Source of the DNA: an uncultured Bacteroidales bacterium
GTDB taxonomy: Bacteria > Bacteroidota > Bacteroidia > Bacteroidales > FEN-979
Direction of reading: 5' to 3'
Assembly: GCA_963800585.1 (NCBI GenBank)
Contig: CAWDBP010000002.1
Span: 93,002-157,001, forward strand
Length of the DNA: 64,000 bases
Both the position numbers and the translations under genes were made by a program. Shown here in pieces: positions 1 through 9,879 of the stretch (positions are counted from its first letter, which is position 1; every line of letters begins with the position of its first letter). The notes beneath the pieces are model-generated. The model did not search any database. It was not told the origin of the DNA and was given only the letters and a program-made list of their open reading frames with translations.

Positions 1-595
1 CAGTTCCCTGGGCATCGTCATGCCAAACGGGGATGTCACACTCTTCCCGCAGCACATCCAGCACCCTGAAACAATTAGGCTGGGATATATCTTCCAGGTT
101 CACGGCTCCAAAACTGGGTTGAAGCATTTTAACAAACTGGATAATCTTTTCAGGGTCATTTTTGCAGTTTTCATCCCTGCTGTCGATACACAAAGCAACT
201 GCATCCACACCACCAAGGTATTTCATCAGAAACGCTTTGCCTTCCATCACTCCCAGACCGCCAGGAGGGGTACAGTCACCATCACCGAGAACCCTCGTCG
301 AATCGCTTACAACGGCTACAAAATTTCCCCTGTTAGTGAGCTCGAAAGAGCAATCGGCCCGTTCGCGGATATTGGTGGAAACTTTTGAAACACCGGGAGT
401 GTACCACACGTTGAACCAATTGAACCCCATTACCGGAGCTTTGGGAATGGTCTGGATCTTCCCTGAATAGAAGCAATGAGCCTCCTGTGAAAGTTTCTTC
501 AAAAACAGGGTCTTGGCTTTGGCAATCTGTTCCTGAGTAAAATCATCAGGAAACACTTCATTGAGATTTTCGAGATTTAGTGCTATCTTTTTCAT
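1..595 (-). CDS. NAD(P)-dependent malic enzyme, N-terminal ~198 codons (gene continues past the left window edge)
   Basis: My own reverse-complement translation from ATG at 595-593 gives MKKIALNLENLNEVF...WYTPGVSKV...NFVAVVSDSTRVLGDGDCTPPGGLGVMEGKAFLMKYLGGVDAVALC...FGAVNLEDISQPNCF...DIPVWHDDAQGT. These are conserved malic-enzyme motifs. It is absent from the ORF track because the window edge truncates it. Confidence 0.85.
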   Translation of the reverse strand, partial: MKKIALNLENLNEVFPDDFTQEQIAKAKTLFLKKLSQEAHCFYSGKIQTIPKAPVMGFNWFNVWYTPGVSKVSTNIRERADCSFELTNRGNFVAVVSDSTRVLGDGDCTPPGGLGVMEGKAFLMKYLGGVDAVALCIDSRDENCKNDPEKIIQFVKMLQPSFGAVNLEDISQPNCFRVLDVLREECDIPVWHDDAQGT

Positions 596-680
596 GATGA
601 TGCTGATTTTTTGTAAAGATAATAAAGTTATAAAATCCAAAAGTTAGAAAGCTATAAAAAAAGTCACAGAGTCACAAAAT

Positions 681-710
681 CGTGATGCGTAACGCGTGAC
701 GCGTGACGCG
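681..710. repeat. Heptad word array CGTGATG CGTAACG CGTGACG CGTGACG CG
   Basis: Read directly. The period is 7. The same word string recurs at 5893-5915. Confidence 0.9.
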
Positions 711-754
711 AAGAAAACAGAAGAGTCACAAAGTCAGAGTAAAATATCAATTAT

Positions 755-783
755 CCAATACCTAATACCCAACACCCAACGCC
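755..783. repeat. Heptad word array CCAATAC CTAATAC CCAACAC CCAACGC
   Basis: Read directly. It is the complement of the GGTATTG/GGTGTTG word family and abuts the stop codon (783-785) of the minus-strand methyltransferase gene. Confidence 0.9.
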
Positions 784-1919
784 TAGTACAAGGTAAACCT
801 CACAAACCTGCATTCCAGGGGTCCATTGAAGACTGTAATCTTTTTTGAAGGATGCAGCCCTATGAATTTCAATGCCTTCAAGTCCGATGAGATGATCCAG
901 GCCTCAAATCCTTTGTATTTCTTCTTTAGCACATCACCAATAGACTTATAAAAAGCTATTATATCATCAACCGGAAGACGTTCATCGTAAGGAGGATTGC
1001 AGATGATCATGCCGGAACTGCTCCTGGGCATCGTATTCTCAAATGCGGCGACTTCAAGTTGAATCTGTTTCTGAAACTTCGTGAAGGTAATATTCTCTGT
1101 TGCTGTGGCTATCGACCGTGATGCAATATCAGAGCCAAAGATTTCTACACCTTTGTCCAGTATTTTTGCATTTTCTTCCTCTTTGATCTTTTGCCATAAT
1201 TCCGTATCAAAGTCCTGCCATTTCTCAAAGCCGAATACCGGCCGGAAATATTCTGAAGGGATGTTTCGCGCAAACATATTTGCTTCGATCAGTATCGTGC
1301 CCGATCCGCACATGGGGTCGTAAAGCGGAATGGTCTTGTCCCATCCTGAAAGCTGGATGAGGCCTGCGGCAAGCACTTCATTCAAAGGTGCCGGTCCCGT
1401 TACATGCCGGTACCCTCTTTTATGAAGCGATGACCCGGAACTGTCGAGTGAAACAGTGCAGGTTTCCTTGTAAAGATGAATGTTGATCCTCAGGTCGGGG
1501 TTATCGAGTTCGACCGAAGGACGGCTGCCGGTCTTATCCCGGAAACGATCGACTATTGCATCCTTTGTTTTTAATGCAACATATTGGGAATTGGTAAAAA
1601 CAGAAGTGGCATTGACGGCATCCACGGCGAGGCTGTTATCATTGCCAATATAGTCTTCCCATGGGATCCTGTTAATATTATCATAAAGATCTTCCTGTTT
1701 CGAAACCGGGAAAACAAGAATGGGCTTCAATATTCTCAATGCTGTGCGGCAACAGTAATTTGCCCGGTAGAGCAAGGTTTTATTCCCTTCAAATGACACT
1801 GCCCTTTTGAGGATTTGCGTATTCGCGGCACCAAGCAGATCCAACTCCCTTTTCAGGATTTCCTCCATCCCCGCCACAGTTTTGGCAGTATAGACTGCAT
1901 TTATTTCTTCATTCTTCAA
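783..1919 (-). CDS. THUMP-domain class I SAM-dependent RNA methyltransferase (RlmL/YpsC-like, COG0116 type)
   Basis: 378-aa ORF with SAM-binding DPMCGSGT, catalytic NPPYDERL and an N-terminal THUMP-like region. Confidence 0.8.
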   Translation of the reverse strand: MKNEEINAVYTAKTVAGMEEILKRELDLLGAANTQILKRAVSFEGNKTLLYRANYCCRTALRILKPILVFPVSKQEDLYDNINRIPWEDYIGNDNSLAVDAVNATSVFTNSQYVALKTKDAIVDRFRDKTGSRPSVELDNPDLRINIHLYKETCTVSLDSSGSSLHKRGYRHVTGPAPLNEVLAAGLIQLSGWDKTIPLYDPMCGSGTILIEANMFARNIPSEYFRPVFGFEKWQDFDTELWQKIKEEENAKILDKGVEIFGSDIASRSIATATENITFTKFQKQIQLEVAAFENTMPRSSSGMIICNPPYDERLPVDDIIAFYKSIGDVLKKKYKGFEAWIISSDLKALKFIGLHPSKKITVFNGPLECRFVRFTLY

Positions 1920-2015
1920 ATCGAGATCTTTAGAACCGGAAAATATGAAATGATAATCACCGTTTAAAAATACGAATATTTTTTCACCTGAAAATATACG
2001 ATTGAAAATGATTCT

Positions 2016-2023
2016 TACCTTTG
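2016..2023 (+). promoter_or_regulatory. Candidate Bacteroidota -7 box TACCTTTG (TAnnTTTG)
   Basis: Exact match to the consensus, 110 nt upstream of ATG 2134. Confidence 0.4.
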
Positions 2024-2133
2024 AAAATGAAAATTCCCAGTTAAAGCCGGGCAGGCAAGATCAAAGAATTCCTCCCCACTGGTTTTTTGGGTTGGAAAAG
2101 TCGTTGAAAGCAAAATTACGAACATTAATCTTT

Positions 2134-4659
2134 ATGACCGGTACAACAAGAAATATATTCCTGCTATACTTCATCTTTGTTTCGCTCACCGGTTTCTGCC
2201 AGGAAATCTATCAGGTATCAGGGAAAGTGACCGACAGTAAGACGAAAGAGCCTCTTGCCTTTGTAAACATCGTCATCAACAACAGCCAGTACGGAGGCAC
2301 CACTGATATCGATGGAAAATTCAGGCTGCATAGTTCTGTTCCGGTAGGGAGACTTCAGTTATCATATGTCGGGTACCTTCCGCTGTCATATCAAGTTGGA
2401 AATAAAACCGATAACCTATCGATCCAACTTACCCGCACAGAGATAGAGTTATCGGAAGTGGATATCCTTCCCGGGATTAATCCTGCTCACCGGATCATCC
2501 GTAATGCCATTGAACACCGCGATCAGAACGATCCTGAGAAATTAAGTTCATTCTCTTATACTTCTTATGATAAGACCATCTTTACTGCAGAAAACGACAC
2601 CTCAGTATACAGGGAATTGAAAGACACACTTCCAATAAATGAGCAGCAGCCTGTGACGGTAAGGGTGAATATCAAAGATACAGTGAAGAAAGATTCGGTG
2701 AAAAGAGATTCCCTGGATAAAGTGATAAAAAAAATCCTGAGCAAACAATATCTTTTTCTGATGGAGAATGTGACCAAGCGGAAATTCCTTGAACCTGATA
2801 AGAATTACAACCATGTTGTTGCTACACGGATGTCGGGCTTTAAGGATCCTATTTTTGTTTTTCTAACCACTCAGATCCAATCCTTTTCTTTCTACAAACC
2901 CTTTATCACCATTTTCCAGAGCACTTATGTAAACCCGATCAGTCCGGGAAGTTTAACTAAATATTTCTTTAAAATTGAAGACACTTTATACTCAGGGAAG
3001 GATACAATCTTCAGCATCTCTTTCCGCCCCAGGAAAGGTACTAATTTTGACGGATTGAAAGGAGTTATCTCGATCAATACGAACAAATGGGCCATCCAGA
3101 ATGTCATCGCACAACCTTACCAAAATACGGGGGGACTCAGGATCAAGATCCAACAGCTTTATGAGCTCGTGGATGGCGAACATTGGTTCCCGGTGGAGTT
3201 AAATACGGATGTCAAGTTCCTGATGATGCAAGTCGGGAAATATGCTGCCATTGCCAAAGGACGAAGTTACATCCGCGATATTGTACTGAATCCAGAGCTG
3301 GTAAGGCGGGAGTTTAACCACCTCGATGTTGAGGTTGATAAGGCCGCCATTGACCGGCCGGAAGAATACTGGAACCAATACAGGATCGACAGTCTTACCA
3401 ACAAAGACCGGGAAACCTATCATGTTATTGACAGTGTAGGGAAGGATGCCAACTTTGACAAAATAGCAAAGTCGTTAAAAACCATAATATCCGGCCGGAT
3501 CCCCTTCAAATTCATAGATTTCGACCTGAGCCGCATACTGGGTTATGACACTTATGAAGGATTGATCCTTGGCTTGGGCATCCACACCAACGACCGCCTT
3601 GCGAAATGGTTCAAGGTTGGAGGATTTTATCAATATTCATTTGCAATCTCCACTGCCAAATACGGTGGCGATGCAAGTTTCCTGTTGAATAAACGTAACG
3701 ATTTCACAATCCAGGGGGGGTATTTCTATGACCTGGTTGAATCGGGAGGCGTCAAATTCTTTGATGATTACAACTCAGTTCTCAGTGGGAATTTCCAACC
3801 TCTCCTGGTAAGAAAGCTTGACCGAGTTGAAAATGAAAACATTTCATTGACCATCCGGGCGAGGAAATACTGGCTATTCAATTTCGGTCTTTCCCGCAGT
3901 TTTAAGACCTCAACCACATCTGATCTTGCTAACACCATTGGAAACGCTGTCGTCCTTCAAAACCAGTTCCAATTCACGGACGTAATTGCAGCAGTGAAAT
4001 GGGCTTACAAAGAGAAGTTCATCCAGACCATTGATGATAAGATCTCACTTGGAACCAATTATCCAATAGTATGGGTGCAATACACACACGGGATCAAAGG
4101 CCTTCTTGACGGGGACTTCGATTATAACCGGCTCGACCTGAAGATCAGGAAGACATTTATGATAAGATATCTAGGGAAACTAACCTTTCAATTCAATGCC
4201 GGTTATATTGATCGAACGCTACCGGCATGTAACCTTTATTATGGGGTTGCCAGTTATCGCCTTATTACTCTCTTTGCCCCGAACAGCTTTGCCACTATGC
4301 GGATGAATGAGTTTCTGTCAAGCAAATACACTTCGTTGTATGTGTATCACGATTTTGGATATCTTCTTTTTAAAGGGAAGAAATGGTTCCATCCCGAATT
4401 TGCGCTCTCCCAGAATATCGGATTCGGCTGGCTCGATCACCCGGAACATTACCAATATGTGAATTTTTCACAGGAACCTTATAAAACCATGAACCTTGGA
4501 TATTATGAAACCGGCTTGCTGATCAACAAGCTTGTCGATCTAAAACTTTACACGATTGGCATTGGTGGCTTTTATCGCTGGGGGCCCTATTCATTAAATA
4601 ATACGTGGGATAATTTTGCAGGAAAGATCACAGTTATTTTTCCATTAAAATTTCAATAA
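2134..4659 (+). CDS. Carboxypeptidase-regulatory-like domain plus DUF5686-type large secreted/outer-membrane-associated protein
   Basis: ORF 2002..4659. The internal ATG at 2134 gives the signal-like MTGTTRNIFLLYFIFVSLTGFCQ, followed by the CarboxypepD_reg-like YQVSGKVTDSKTKEPLAFVNIVI. A TAccTTTG box at 2016-2023 lies inside the longer ORF, which favours the shorter start. Confidence 0.65.
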   Translation: MTGTTRNIFLLYFIFVSLTGFCQEIYQVSGKVTDSKTKEPLAFVNIVINNSQYGGTTDIDGKFRLHSSVPVGRLQLSYVGYLPLSYQVGNKTDNLSIQLTRTEIELSEVDILPGINPAHRIIRNAIEHRDQNDPEKLSSFSYTSYDKTIFTAENDTSVYRELKDTLPINEQQPVTVRVNIKDTVKKDSVKRDSLDKVIKKILSKQYLFLMENVTKRKFLEPDKNYNHVVATRMSGFKDPIFVFLTTQIQSFSFYKPFITIFQSTYVNPISPGSLTKYFFKIEDTLYSGKDTIFSISFRPRKGTNFDGLKGVISINTNKWAIQNVIAQPYQNTGGLRIKIQQLYELVDGEHWFPVELNTDVKFLMMQVGKYAAIAKGRSYIRDIVLNPELVRREFNHLDVEVDKAAIDRPEEYWNQYRIDSLTNKDRETYHVIDSVGKDANFDKIAKSLKTIISGRIPFKFIDFDLSRILGYDTYEGLILGLGIHTNDRLAKWFKVGGFYQYSFAISTAKYGGDASFLLNKRNDFTIQGGYFYDLVESGGVKFFDDYNSVLSGNFQPLLVRKLDRVENENISLTIRARKYWLFNFGLSRSFKTSTTSDLANTIGNAVVLQNQFQFTDVIAAVKWAYKEKFIQTIDDKISLGTNYPIVWVQYTHGIKGLLDGDFDYNRLDLKIRKTFMIRYLGKLTFQFNAGYIDRTLPACNLYYGVASYRLITLFAPNSFATMRMNEFLSSKYTSLYVYHDFGYLLFKGKKWFHPEFALSQNIGFGWLDHPEHYQYVNFSQEPYKTMNLGYYETGLLINKLVDLKLYTIGIGGFYRWGPYSLNNTWDNFAGKITVIFPLKFQ

Positions 4660-4731
4660 GGAATTCGGTCAGTATTCATTAAATGAGTTTCATAGACCAG
4701 GGACAAAAGAAAGGAATTTATAAAACATAGT

Positions 4732-4739
4732 TATCTTTG
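4732..4739 (+). promoter_or_regulatory. Candidate -7 box TATCTTTG
   Basis: Exact TAnnTTTG, 41 nt upstream of the AI-2E transporter ATG. Confidence 0.5.
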
Positions 4740-4779
4740 TATCACTAGCGAATGTAAAATTTACAAGCACCAATAAAAC

Positions 4780-5904
4780 ATGGAAACTCTTTACCAGAAG
4801 TACAAACTCTTTTTCATCATCCTGATTATCTGTGTAATTGGTTTTCTGGCATGGTATTTTTCGCAGATCCTCATATGTATTATCATAGCTGGAGTCATTT
4901 CAATAATCGGTTATCCTTTTGTTGAATTGTTAGACAGGATACATTATAAAAAATTACGGCTTCCCCATGGGCTAAATGTTCTTCTCACTCTGATTCTTAT
5001 TCTTGCAGTTTTGCTTGGTCTTTTGAGTTTTTTTATTCCGCTGGTCATAAAAGAAACCAGCATGGTATCCTCGATTGATTGGCAGAAACTCTTCGATTAT
5101 TACCGGCCACAGATCCAATGGGTGCAGCACACCCTTGTCCATTACGGAATCATTAAAAAGAATGCGACCTTTGAATCGCTGTTAAAAGACAACCTCGCCC
5201 ATTTTCTTGATCTCAGTATCTTTTCAAACATTCTTTCCGGTGTAATTTCTTTTGCGGGCACTTTTTTCTTCTATTTGTTAACCATCCTCTTCCTATCCTT
5301 CTTCTTCCTCCTCGATGTGATGATGCTTCCCCGTGTTATCCTCATGCTTGTACCTCTGAAATATGAGGTTCAAACAAAGAATGTAATGCTTAGAAGTAAA
5401 ACGGTACTTTCAAGGTATTTCAGAGGTTTGATCATCGATCTTCTGGTTATGACCGCATCTTATTCAATTGCGTTAAGTATCATCGGCGTTGAAGGTGCAC
5501 TTGTCATTGCATTCTTTGCCGGAATTGTCAACATCATTCCTTATGTCGGGCCACTTATCGGGGTCGGAACAGGAATTATTCTGGGTGTTACCGGTGTTGT
5601 GAGTGAAGGTTATTATGGAGCAATTGGTTCAACAATGTTAGGGGTTCTGATTGCAATGCTCGTGGTCATTCTGCTTGACAATATTTTATATAGTCCACTG
5701 ATACAGGGAAAAAGTCTGAAAGTTCATCCTGTCGAAATATTTCTTGTTATAATTGCTGCCGGCAGTACCGGGGGTATCCCGGCAATGATCATTGCTGTAC
5801 CCTCATATGCTTTCATAAAGATAGTAGGGGAAGAATTTTTCAGTCAATTCAGAATCTTTAAGAATGCAAAAGTGGAAACAAATAGTAAAAATCGTGACGC
5901 GTAA
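4780..5904 (+). CDS. AI-2E family transporter (PerM/UPF0118 type)
   Basis: 374-aa polytopic membrane ORF with the family-typical C-terminal half (IPYVGPLIG...LLDNILYSPLIQGKSLKVHPVEIFL). Its last codons and stop lie inside a heptad repeat. Confidence 0.8.
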   Translation: METLYQKYKLFFIILIICVIGFLAWYFSQILICIIIAGVISIIGYPFVELLDRIHYKKLRLPHGLNVLLTLILILAVLLGLLSFFIPLVIKETSMVSSIDWQKLFDYYRPQIQWVQHTLVHYGIIKKNATFESLLKDNLAHFLDLSIFSNILSGVISFAGTFFFYLLTILFLSFFFLLDVMMLPRVILMLVPLKYEVQTKNVMLRSKTVLSRYFRGLIIDLLVMTASYSIALSIIGVEGALVIAFFAGIVNIIPYVGPLIGVGTGIILGVTGVVSEGYYGAIGSTMLGVLIAMLVVILLDNILYSPLIQGKSLKVHPVEIFLVIIAAGSTGGIPAMIIAVPSYAFIKIVGEEFFSQFRIFKNAKVETNSKNRDA

Positions 5905-5915
5905 CGCGTGACGCG
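5893..5915. repeat. Heptad word array CGTGACG CGTAACG CGTGACG CG
   Basis: Read directly. It contains the last codons and the TAA stop (5902-5904) of the AI-2E transporter gene. Confidence 0.9.
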
Positions 5916-5997
5916 AAAATAAAAAATAGAAAATATTAGTACTTCACAAACTTTAGTAACTTTATAACTCAATTCGTAAATCCAAAATCGTAATTTC

Positions 5998-6030
5998 AAT
6001 CGTTAATCGTAAATCGTTAATCGTAAAATA
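5998..6030. repeat. Heptad word array AATCGTT AATCGTA AATCGTT AATCGTA AAATAAT (looser copies from ~5971)
   Basis: Read directly. Confidence 0.9.
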
Positions 6031-6036
6031 ATTTGT

Positions 6037-6312
6037 ATGTCAAAGTCAAGTTCAAAGGTCTTGTTGTCCGGCATCACGGGGCTGGCTGCAGGCGTTGCTA
6101 TCGGGTTGCTGTTTGCACCCGCAAAAGGGTCGAAAACCAGGAAAAGATTGAAGAGACGTCTCATGAGTCTGGCTGATTTTATTGAAGATGATGTTAATGA
6201 CAAGCTGGGAGCACTAAGATCGGTATTCGCAGGCGAAGAGGAAGAGGATGAAGAAGAAGATGATCTGGAACCCAAAGCTGAAAGTGTCAAGACAGAAAAA
6301 CGTGATGAATAA
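6037..6312 (+). CDS. YtxH domain-containing small protein with acidic tail
   Basis: N-terminus LLSGITGLAAGVAIGLLFAPAKGSKTRKRLKRR is the YtxH signature. The C-terminus is Glu/Asp-rich. Confidence 0.7.
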   Translation: MSKSSSKVLLSGITGLAAGVAIGLLFAPAKGSKTRKRLKRRLMSLADFIEDDVNDKLGALRSVFAGEEEEDEEEDDLEPKAESVKTEKRDE

Positions 6313-6400
6313 GCCTTGGTTTGAACTTTGTAACACAAAACGCGTGACATCTTAGAATTAAATGAATTATATGGTTAAATAATTTGTAATAAAACAAATC

Positions 6401-6766
6401 ATGGAATCGCAAAAGTTAAGTGATAATTTCAACGAGATCTCTGGAAATGTCAAAGATTACGTACGATTGAAGATTGACTTCCTAAAGCTGACCTTGACAG
6501 AAAAACTATCGCTGATCATTTCGGCATTACTTATTTCAATTATCCTGTTCCTTGTTTTCCTCTTCATCAGCATGTTTGTCAGCCTTGCATTTATCTTCTG
6601 GTTTCGTGACCATGCCGGGCCTTTATATGCCGGAGCGCTTATTGTTGCCGGGTTTTATCTCCTGGTAGGTGTTATAGTTTTTTTTATGCGAAACAAGATC
6701 TTTATAGATCCGCTTGTATCGAAAATCTCAAAAATATTACTGGAGGAAGAGGATGAAGAAAAATAA
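6401..6766 (+). CDS. DUF1469 / 'phage holin family' (YqjE-like) two-TM membrane protein
   Basis: 121 aa with an amphipathic N-terminus and two long hydrophobic segments (ISALLISIILFLVFLFISMFVSLAFIFWF; AGALIVAGFYLLVGVIVFF). Confidence 0.55.
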   Translation: MESQKLSDNFNEISGNVKDYVRLKIDFLKLTLTEKLSLIISALLISIILFLVFLFISMFVSLAFIFWFRDHAGPLYAGALIVAGFYLLVGVIVFFMRNKIFIDPLVSKISKILLEEEDEEK

Positions 6767-7058
6767 TTTTCCGCGGAGTACGATCCGCAAGATAAATTCA
6801 ATGCATGAGTTGCAGTTGGAAAAGGCACGGTTGAAGCTGGAACTCGTAAAATCAGAAGACAAGATAAAGGGTAATTTCCGGCACATTCGTTCTGCTTTTT
6901 CATTGAAGAATATTTTTTCAACGGTAACAACTGAGCTCACAAATCCAACTTCAATTTTAATGAAAGCCTTTACGATTGGAAAAGATTGGCTCGGAAGACG
7001 GAAGAAAAAGAAGAAGCAGAAAAAGGAAGAGGAAAAAGCTAACGAGATGACGAGTTAA
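6753..7058 (+). CDS. Hypothetical small basic protein, third member of the YtxH/DUF1469 module
   Basis: ORF 6714..7058. The ATG at 6753 (MKKNNFPRST...) overlaps the stop of the preceding gene by 14 nt. It has a coiled-coil-like ELQLEKARLKLELVKSEDKIK and a poly-Lys tail. I recognise no family. Confidence 0.4.
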   Translation: MKKNNFPRSTIRKINSMHELQLEKARLKLELVKSEDKIKGNFRHIRSAFSLKNIFSTVTTELTNPTSILMKAFTIGKDWLGRRKKKKKQKKEEEKANEMTS

Positions 7059-7112
7059 AAGGTCTTTACATTAAAATTAAGGTAAGATCTTTTAATTGAC
7101 TTTTCTTCACCG

Positions 7113-7144
7113 CCAAGACGCTAAGACGCTAAAAAGCGCAAAAG
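7113..7144. repeat. Octad word array CCAAGACG CTAAGACG CTAAAAAG CGCAAAAG
   Basis: Read directly. Related words (AGACGCTAA and its complement TTAGCGT) recur at 42736-42760 and 42895-42911. Confidence 0.85.
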
Positions 7145-7169
7145 AATAAATTCTAAATTGTAAATCTAT

Positions 7170-8168
7170 TTGGTTCCCCGGTTCATTAATCTGTTAAAAC
7201 TTCTTTCAAGTTATTTTATTTCTCGTTTATTGCGTCAGGTTATTCATTGGGGAAACCCCTCAAGCCTTTCAATCGAGCCTACCAATTGCTGCAACCTGCA
7301 TTGCCCGGAGTGTCCCAGCGGAATGAACATGCTTACGAGGGACAAGGGGAATATGGATCTTGGTATTTTTCAAAGTCTGGTTGATCAGGTATCTCCTACC
7401 CTGTTTTATCTTAACCTCTATTTTCAGGGGGAACCTTATATCCATCCACGGTTTCCGGAAATGGTCAAATACGCAAAATCGAAAAATATCTATGTTTCAA
7501 CCTCTACAAACGGACATTTTCTGACACCTGAAAATGTGAGATCAACACTTGAATCGGGACTAGACAGGCTGATAATTTCCCTCGATGGCACTAATGCCGA
7601 ATCATATGAGCAATATCGCGCCGGAGGAAACTTTGATAAGGTCATCACTGGGATAAAGGAAATCGTTAAACAGAAAAAAAAGGACGGGTTAAAAAAGCCA
7701 AGGGTCATACTTCAATTCCTTATACTAAAATCGAACGAGAACCAGATAAAGCAGATCCGGCAACTTAGCAAAGATCTTGGAGTCGATAAGGCTGATGTAA
7801 AGACTGCCCAGTTCTATGAATTCAAAGAAGGAAATCCGCTTATGCCGGATAATAAAAGATTTTCAAGGTATAAAAAGATACAGATAAATCTTGGCAGCCC
7901 TCCCCGATACGAGATTAAAAACCGGTTGCCAAACCATTGTTTCCGGATGTGGAGTTCAGGTGTTGTCACCTGGAATGGTGAGGTAGTGCCTTGTTGTTTC
8001 GATAAAGATGCAACTTACAAAATGGGGAACCTGAACGAGCAGCCTTTCGGACAAATATGGAAAGATAAATTTTATGGTGAATTCAGAAAAAAGATTTTCT
8101 GTTCACGAAAATCAATCGATATTTGTAATAACTGTACAGAAGGAAGCGGGATCACTTACTTCCTTTAG
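7170..8168 (+). CDS. Radical SAM/SPASM domain protein
   Basis: CNLHCPECPSG (CxxxCxxC) near the N-terminus and a Cys-rich SPASM-like C-terminus (VVPCCFD...CNNCTEG). Confidence 0.8.
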   Translation: MVPRFINLLKLLSSYFISRLLRQVIHWGNPSSLSIEPTNCCNLHCPECPSGMNMLTRDKGNMDLGIFQSLVDQVSPTLFYLNLYFQGEPYIHPRFPEMVKYAKSKNIYVSTSTNGHFLTPENVRSTLESGLDRLIISLDGTNAESYEQYRAGGNFDKVITGIKEIVKQKKKDGLKKPRVILQFLILKSNENQIKQIRQLSKDLGVDKADVKTAQFYEFKEGNPLMPDNKRFSRYKKIQINLGSPPRYEIKNRLPNHCFRMWSSGVVTWNGEVVPCCFDKDATYKMGNLNEQPFGQIWKDKFYGEFRKKIFCSRKSIDICNNCTEGSGITYFL

Positions 8169-8323
8169 TTGATATTTATCTCTAAGGTCAAGATCCATTG
8201 ATCAGCAACAAAAAGGGGTGTGATCATGGTATTCTGTAATATGCAACCCGGATGTCAGGTCGATACCCTGTGTAAATAATAATGACAAAGGTTTTCAGTT
8301 ATTTTCATTATAAATTATTTTCT

Positions 8324-8331
8324 TACCTTTG
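8324..8331 (+). promoter_or_regulatory. Candidate -7 box TACCTTTG upstream of guaB
   Basis: Exact TAnnTTTG, 20 nt upstream of ATG 8352. Confidence 0.5.
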
Positions 8332-8351
8332 CACACTTAATTTTCAGCCCA

Positions 8352-9818
8352 ATGGTAATGGATCCAGACAAATTTCAGGGTGAAGGACTAACCTATGACG
8401 ATGTGCTGCTGTTACCGGCCTATTCAGAGGTTCTTCCACGCGAAGTGGATGTTACGACATTGTTGTCGAAAAACATTCGTTTAAATATCCCAATCGTTTC
8501 TGCTGCAATGGATACGGTTACCAACTCAACCATGGCGATCGCAATGGCACAGGAAGGCGGAATCGGCGTATTGCATAAGAACAGTACAATTGAAGCCCAG
8601 GCAATAGAAGTCAGGAAAGTGAAACGGGCAGAAAATGGTATGATCCTGGATCCGGTCACCATAAATGTTAACGGTTTGGTGGGAGACGCATTGGGACTGA
8701 TGAAAGAGTATAACATCGGGGGTATCCCTGTCATAAACGATCAGAAAAAACTTGTTGGTATTGTTACTAACCGTGACCTTCGTTTTGAGCGTGATGTATT
8801 GAGACCGATCACGGAAGTGATGACAAGGCAGGTATTCACCACAACCGAATTTACAGATTTCGCGAAGGCAGAAGAGCTCCTGCAGAAGTATAAAATTGAA
8901 AAACTCCCCGTTGTTGACACTCAGAATAACCTCGTTGGACTCATCACATACAAAGACATTATAAAGATCAAGGCCCGGCCCAATGCCTGTAAGGATTCAC
9001 GCGGCCGTTTACGCGTTGCAGCTGCCGTTGGGATAGCCAAAGATACCATCGACCGAGTTTCCGCACTTGTGAACGAAGATGTGGATGCCATCGTGATCGA
9101 TACCGCTCATGGCCATACCCGTAATGTTATGGATATGGCCAGGTGGGTACGAAACAAATTTCCAAATATTGACCTCATCGTTGGAAATATAGGCACGGGG
9201 GAAGCCGCCATAGACCTTGCTAAACTTGGAGTTGATGCCGTGAAGGTCGGAATTGGTCCGGGATCAATTTGTACAACGCGCATCATTGCAGGAATAGGTA
9301 TTCCTCAGCTTTCAGCCATCTATGCAGTCACCAAAGCTTTAAAAGGTTCAGGTATTCCAGCTATTGCAGATGGTGGAATCCGTTACACAGGCGATATCGT
9401 CAAGGCATTGGCGGCTGGCGCTCATTCAATAATGGCCGGTTCTTTGTTTGCAGGCGTCGATGAATCTCCCGGTGAGGCTATAATCTTCGAAGGAAGAAAA
9501 TATAAGACTTACCGCGGAATGGGATCGATAGAAGCCATGCAGATGGGTTCCAAAGACAGGTATTTTCAGGATATGGAAGATGATATCAGAAAGCTGGTAC
9601 CGGAAGGTATTGTAGGAAGAGTTCCATACAAAGGTTCCCTTTCTGAAGTCATTTACCAGATGGTAGGCGGACTCAGGTCGGGTATGGGCTATACCGGGTC
9701 GAAAAATGTGGAAGAACTTCAGAAAGCAAAGTTCCTGAAGATCACCTCCGCAGGGGTTGTTGAAAGCCATCCTCACGATGTGACCATAACCCGTGAGGCT
9801 CCAAATTACAGCCGTTAA
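8352..9818 (+). CDS. guaB: IMP dehydrogenase
   Basis: 488 aa with [11 protein letters not shown], tandem CBS region, catalytic [11 protein letters not shown], and [17 protein letters not shown]. Confidence 0.95.
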   Translation: MVMDPDKFQGEGLTYDDVLLLPAYSEVLPREVDVTTLLSKNIRLNIPIVSAAMDTVTNSTMAIAMAQEGGIGVLHKNSTIEAQAIEVRKVKRAENGMILDPVTINVNGLVGDALGLMKEYNIGGIPVINDQKKLVGIVTNRDLRFERDVLRPITEVMTRQVFTTTEFTDFAKAEELLQKYKIEKLPVVDTQNNLVGLITYKDIIKIKARPNACKDSRGRLRVAAAVGIAKDTIDRVSALVNEDVDAIVIDTAHGHTRNVMDMARWVRNKFPNIDLIVGNIGTGEAAIDLAKLGVDAVKVGIGPGSICTTRIIAGIGIPQLSAIYAVTKALKGSGIPAIADGGIRYTGDIVKALAAGAHSIMAGSLFAGVDESPGEAIIFEGRKYKTYRGMGSIEAMQMGSKDRYFQDMEDDIRKLVPEGIVGRVPYKGSLSEVIYQMVGGLRSGMGYTGSKNVEELQKAKFLKITSAGVVESHPHDVTITREAPNYSR

Positions 9819-9879
9819 CAGGAAGAACAATTACACAGAGATAAAAATCCAATATTTATTAAATTAAATTAGTTTAACG

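Noticed and set aside
2002-2133. The N-terminal 44-codon extension of the DUF5686-type ORF.
   Set aside because: The extension (MKMILTFENENSQLKPGRQDQ...) is hydrophilic and precedes a good signal peptide that begins at the internal ATG. A consensus -7 box lies inside the extension.
6003-6350. A 115-aa ORF with a poly-serine run on the minus strand.
   Set aside because: It is the antisense reading of the GAA/GAG-rich acidic tail of the YtxH gene. It is a low-complexity artefact.
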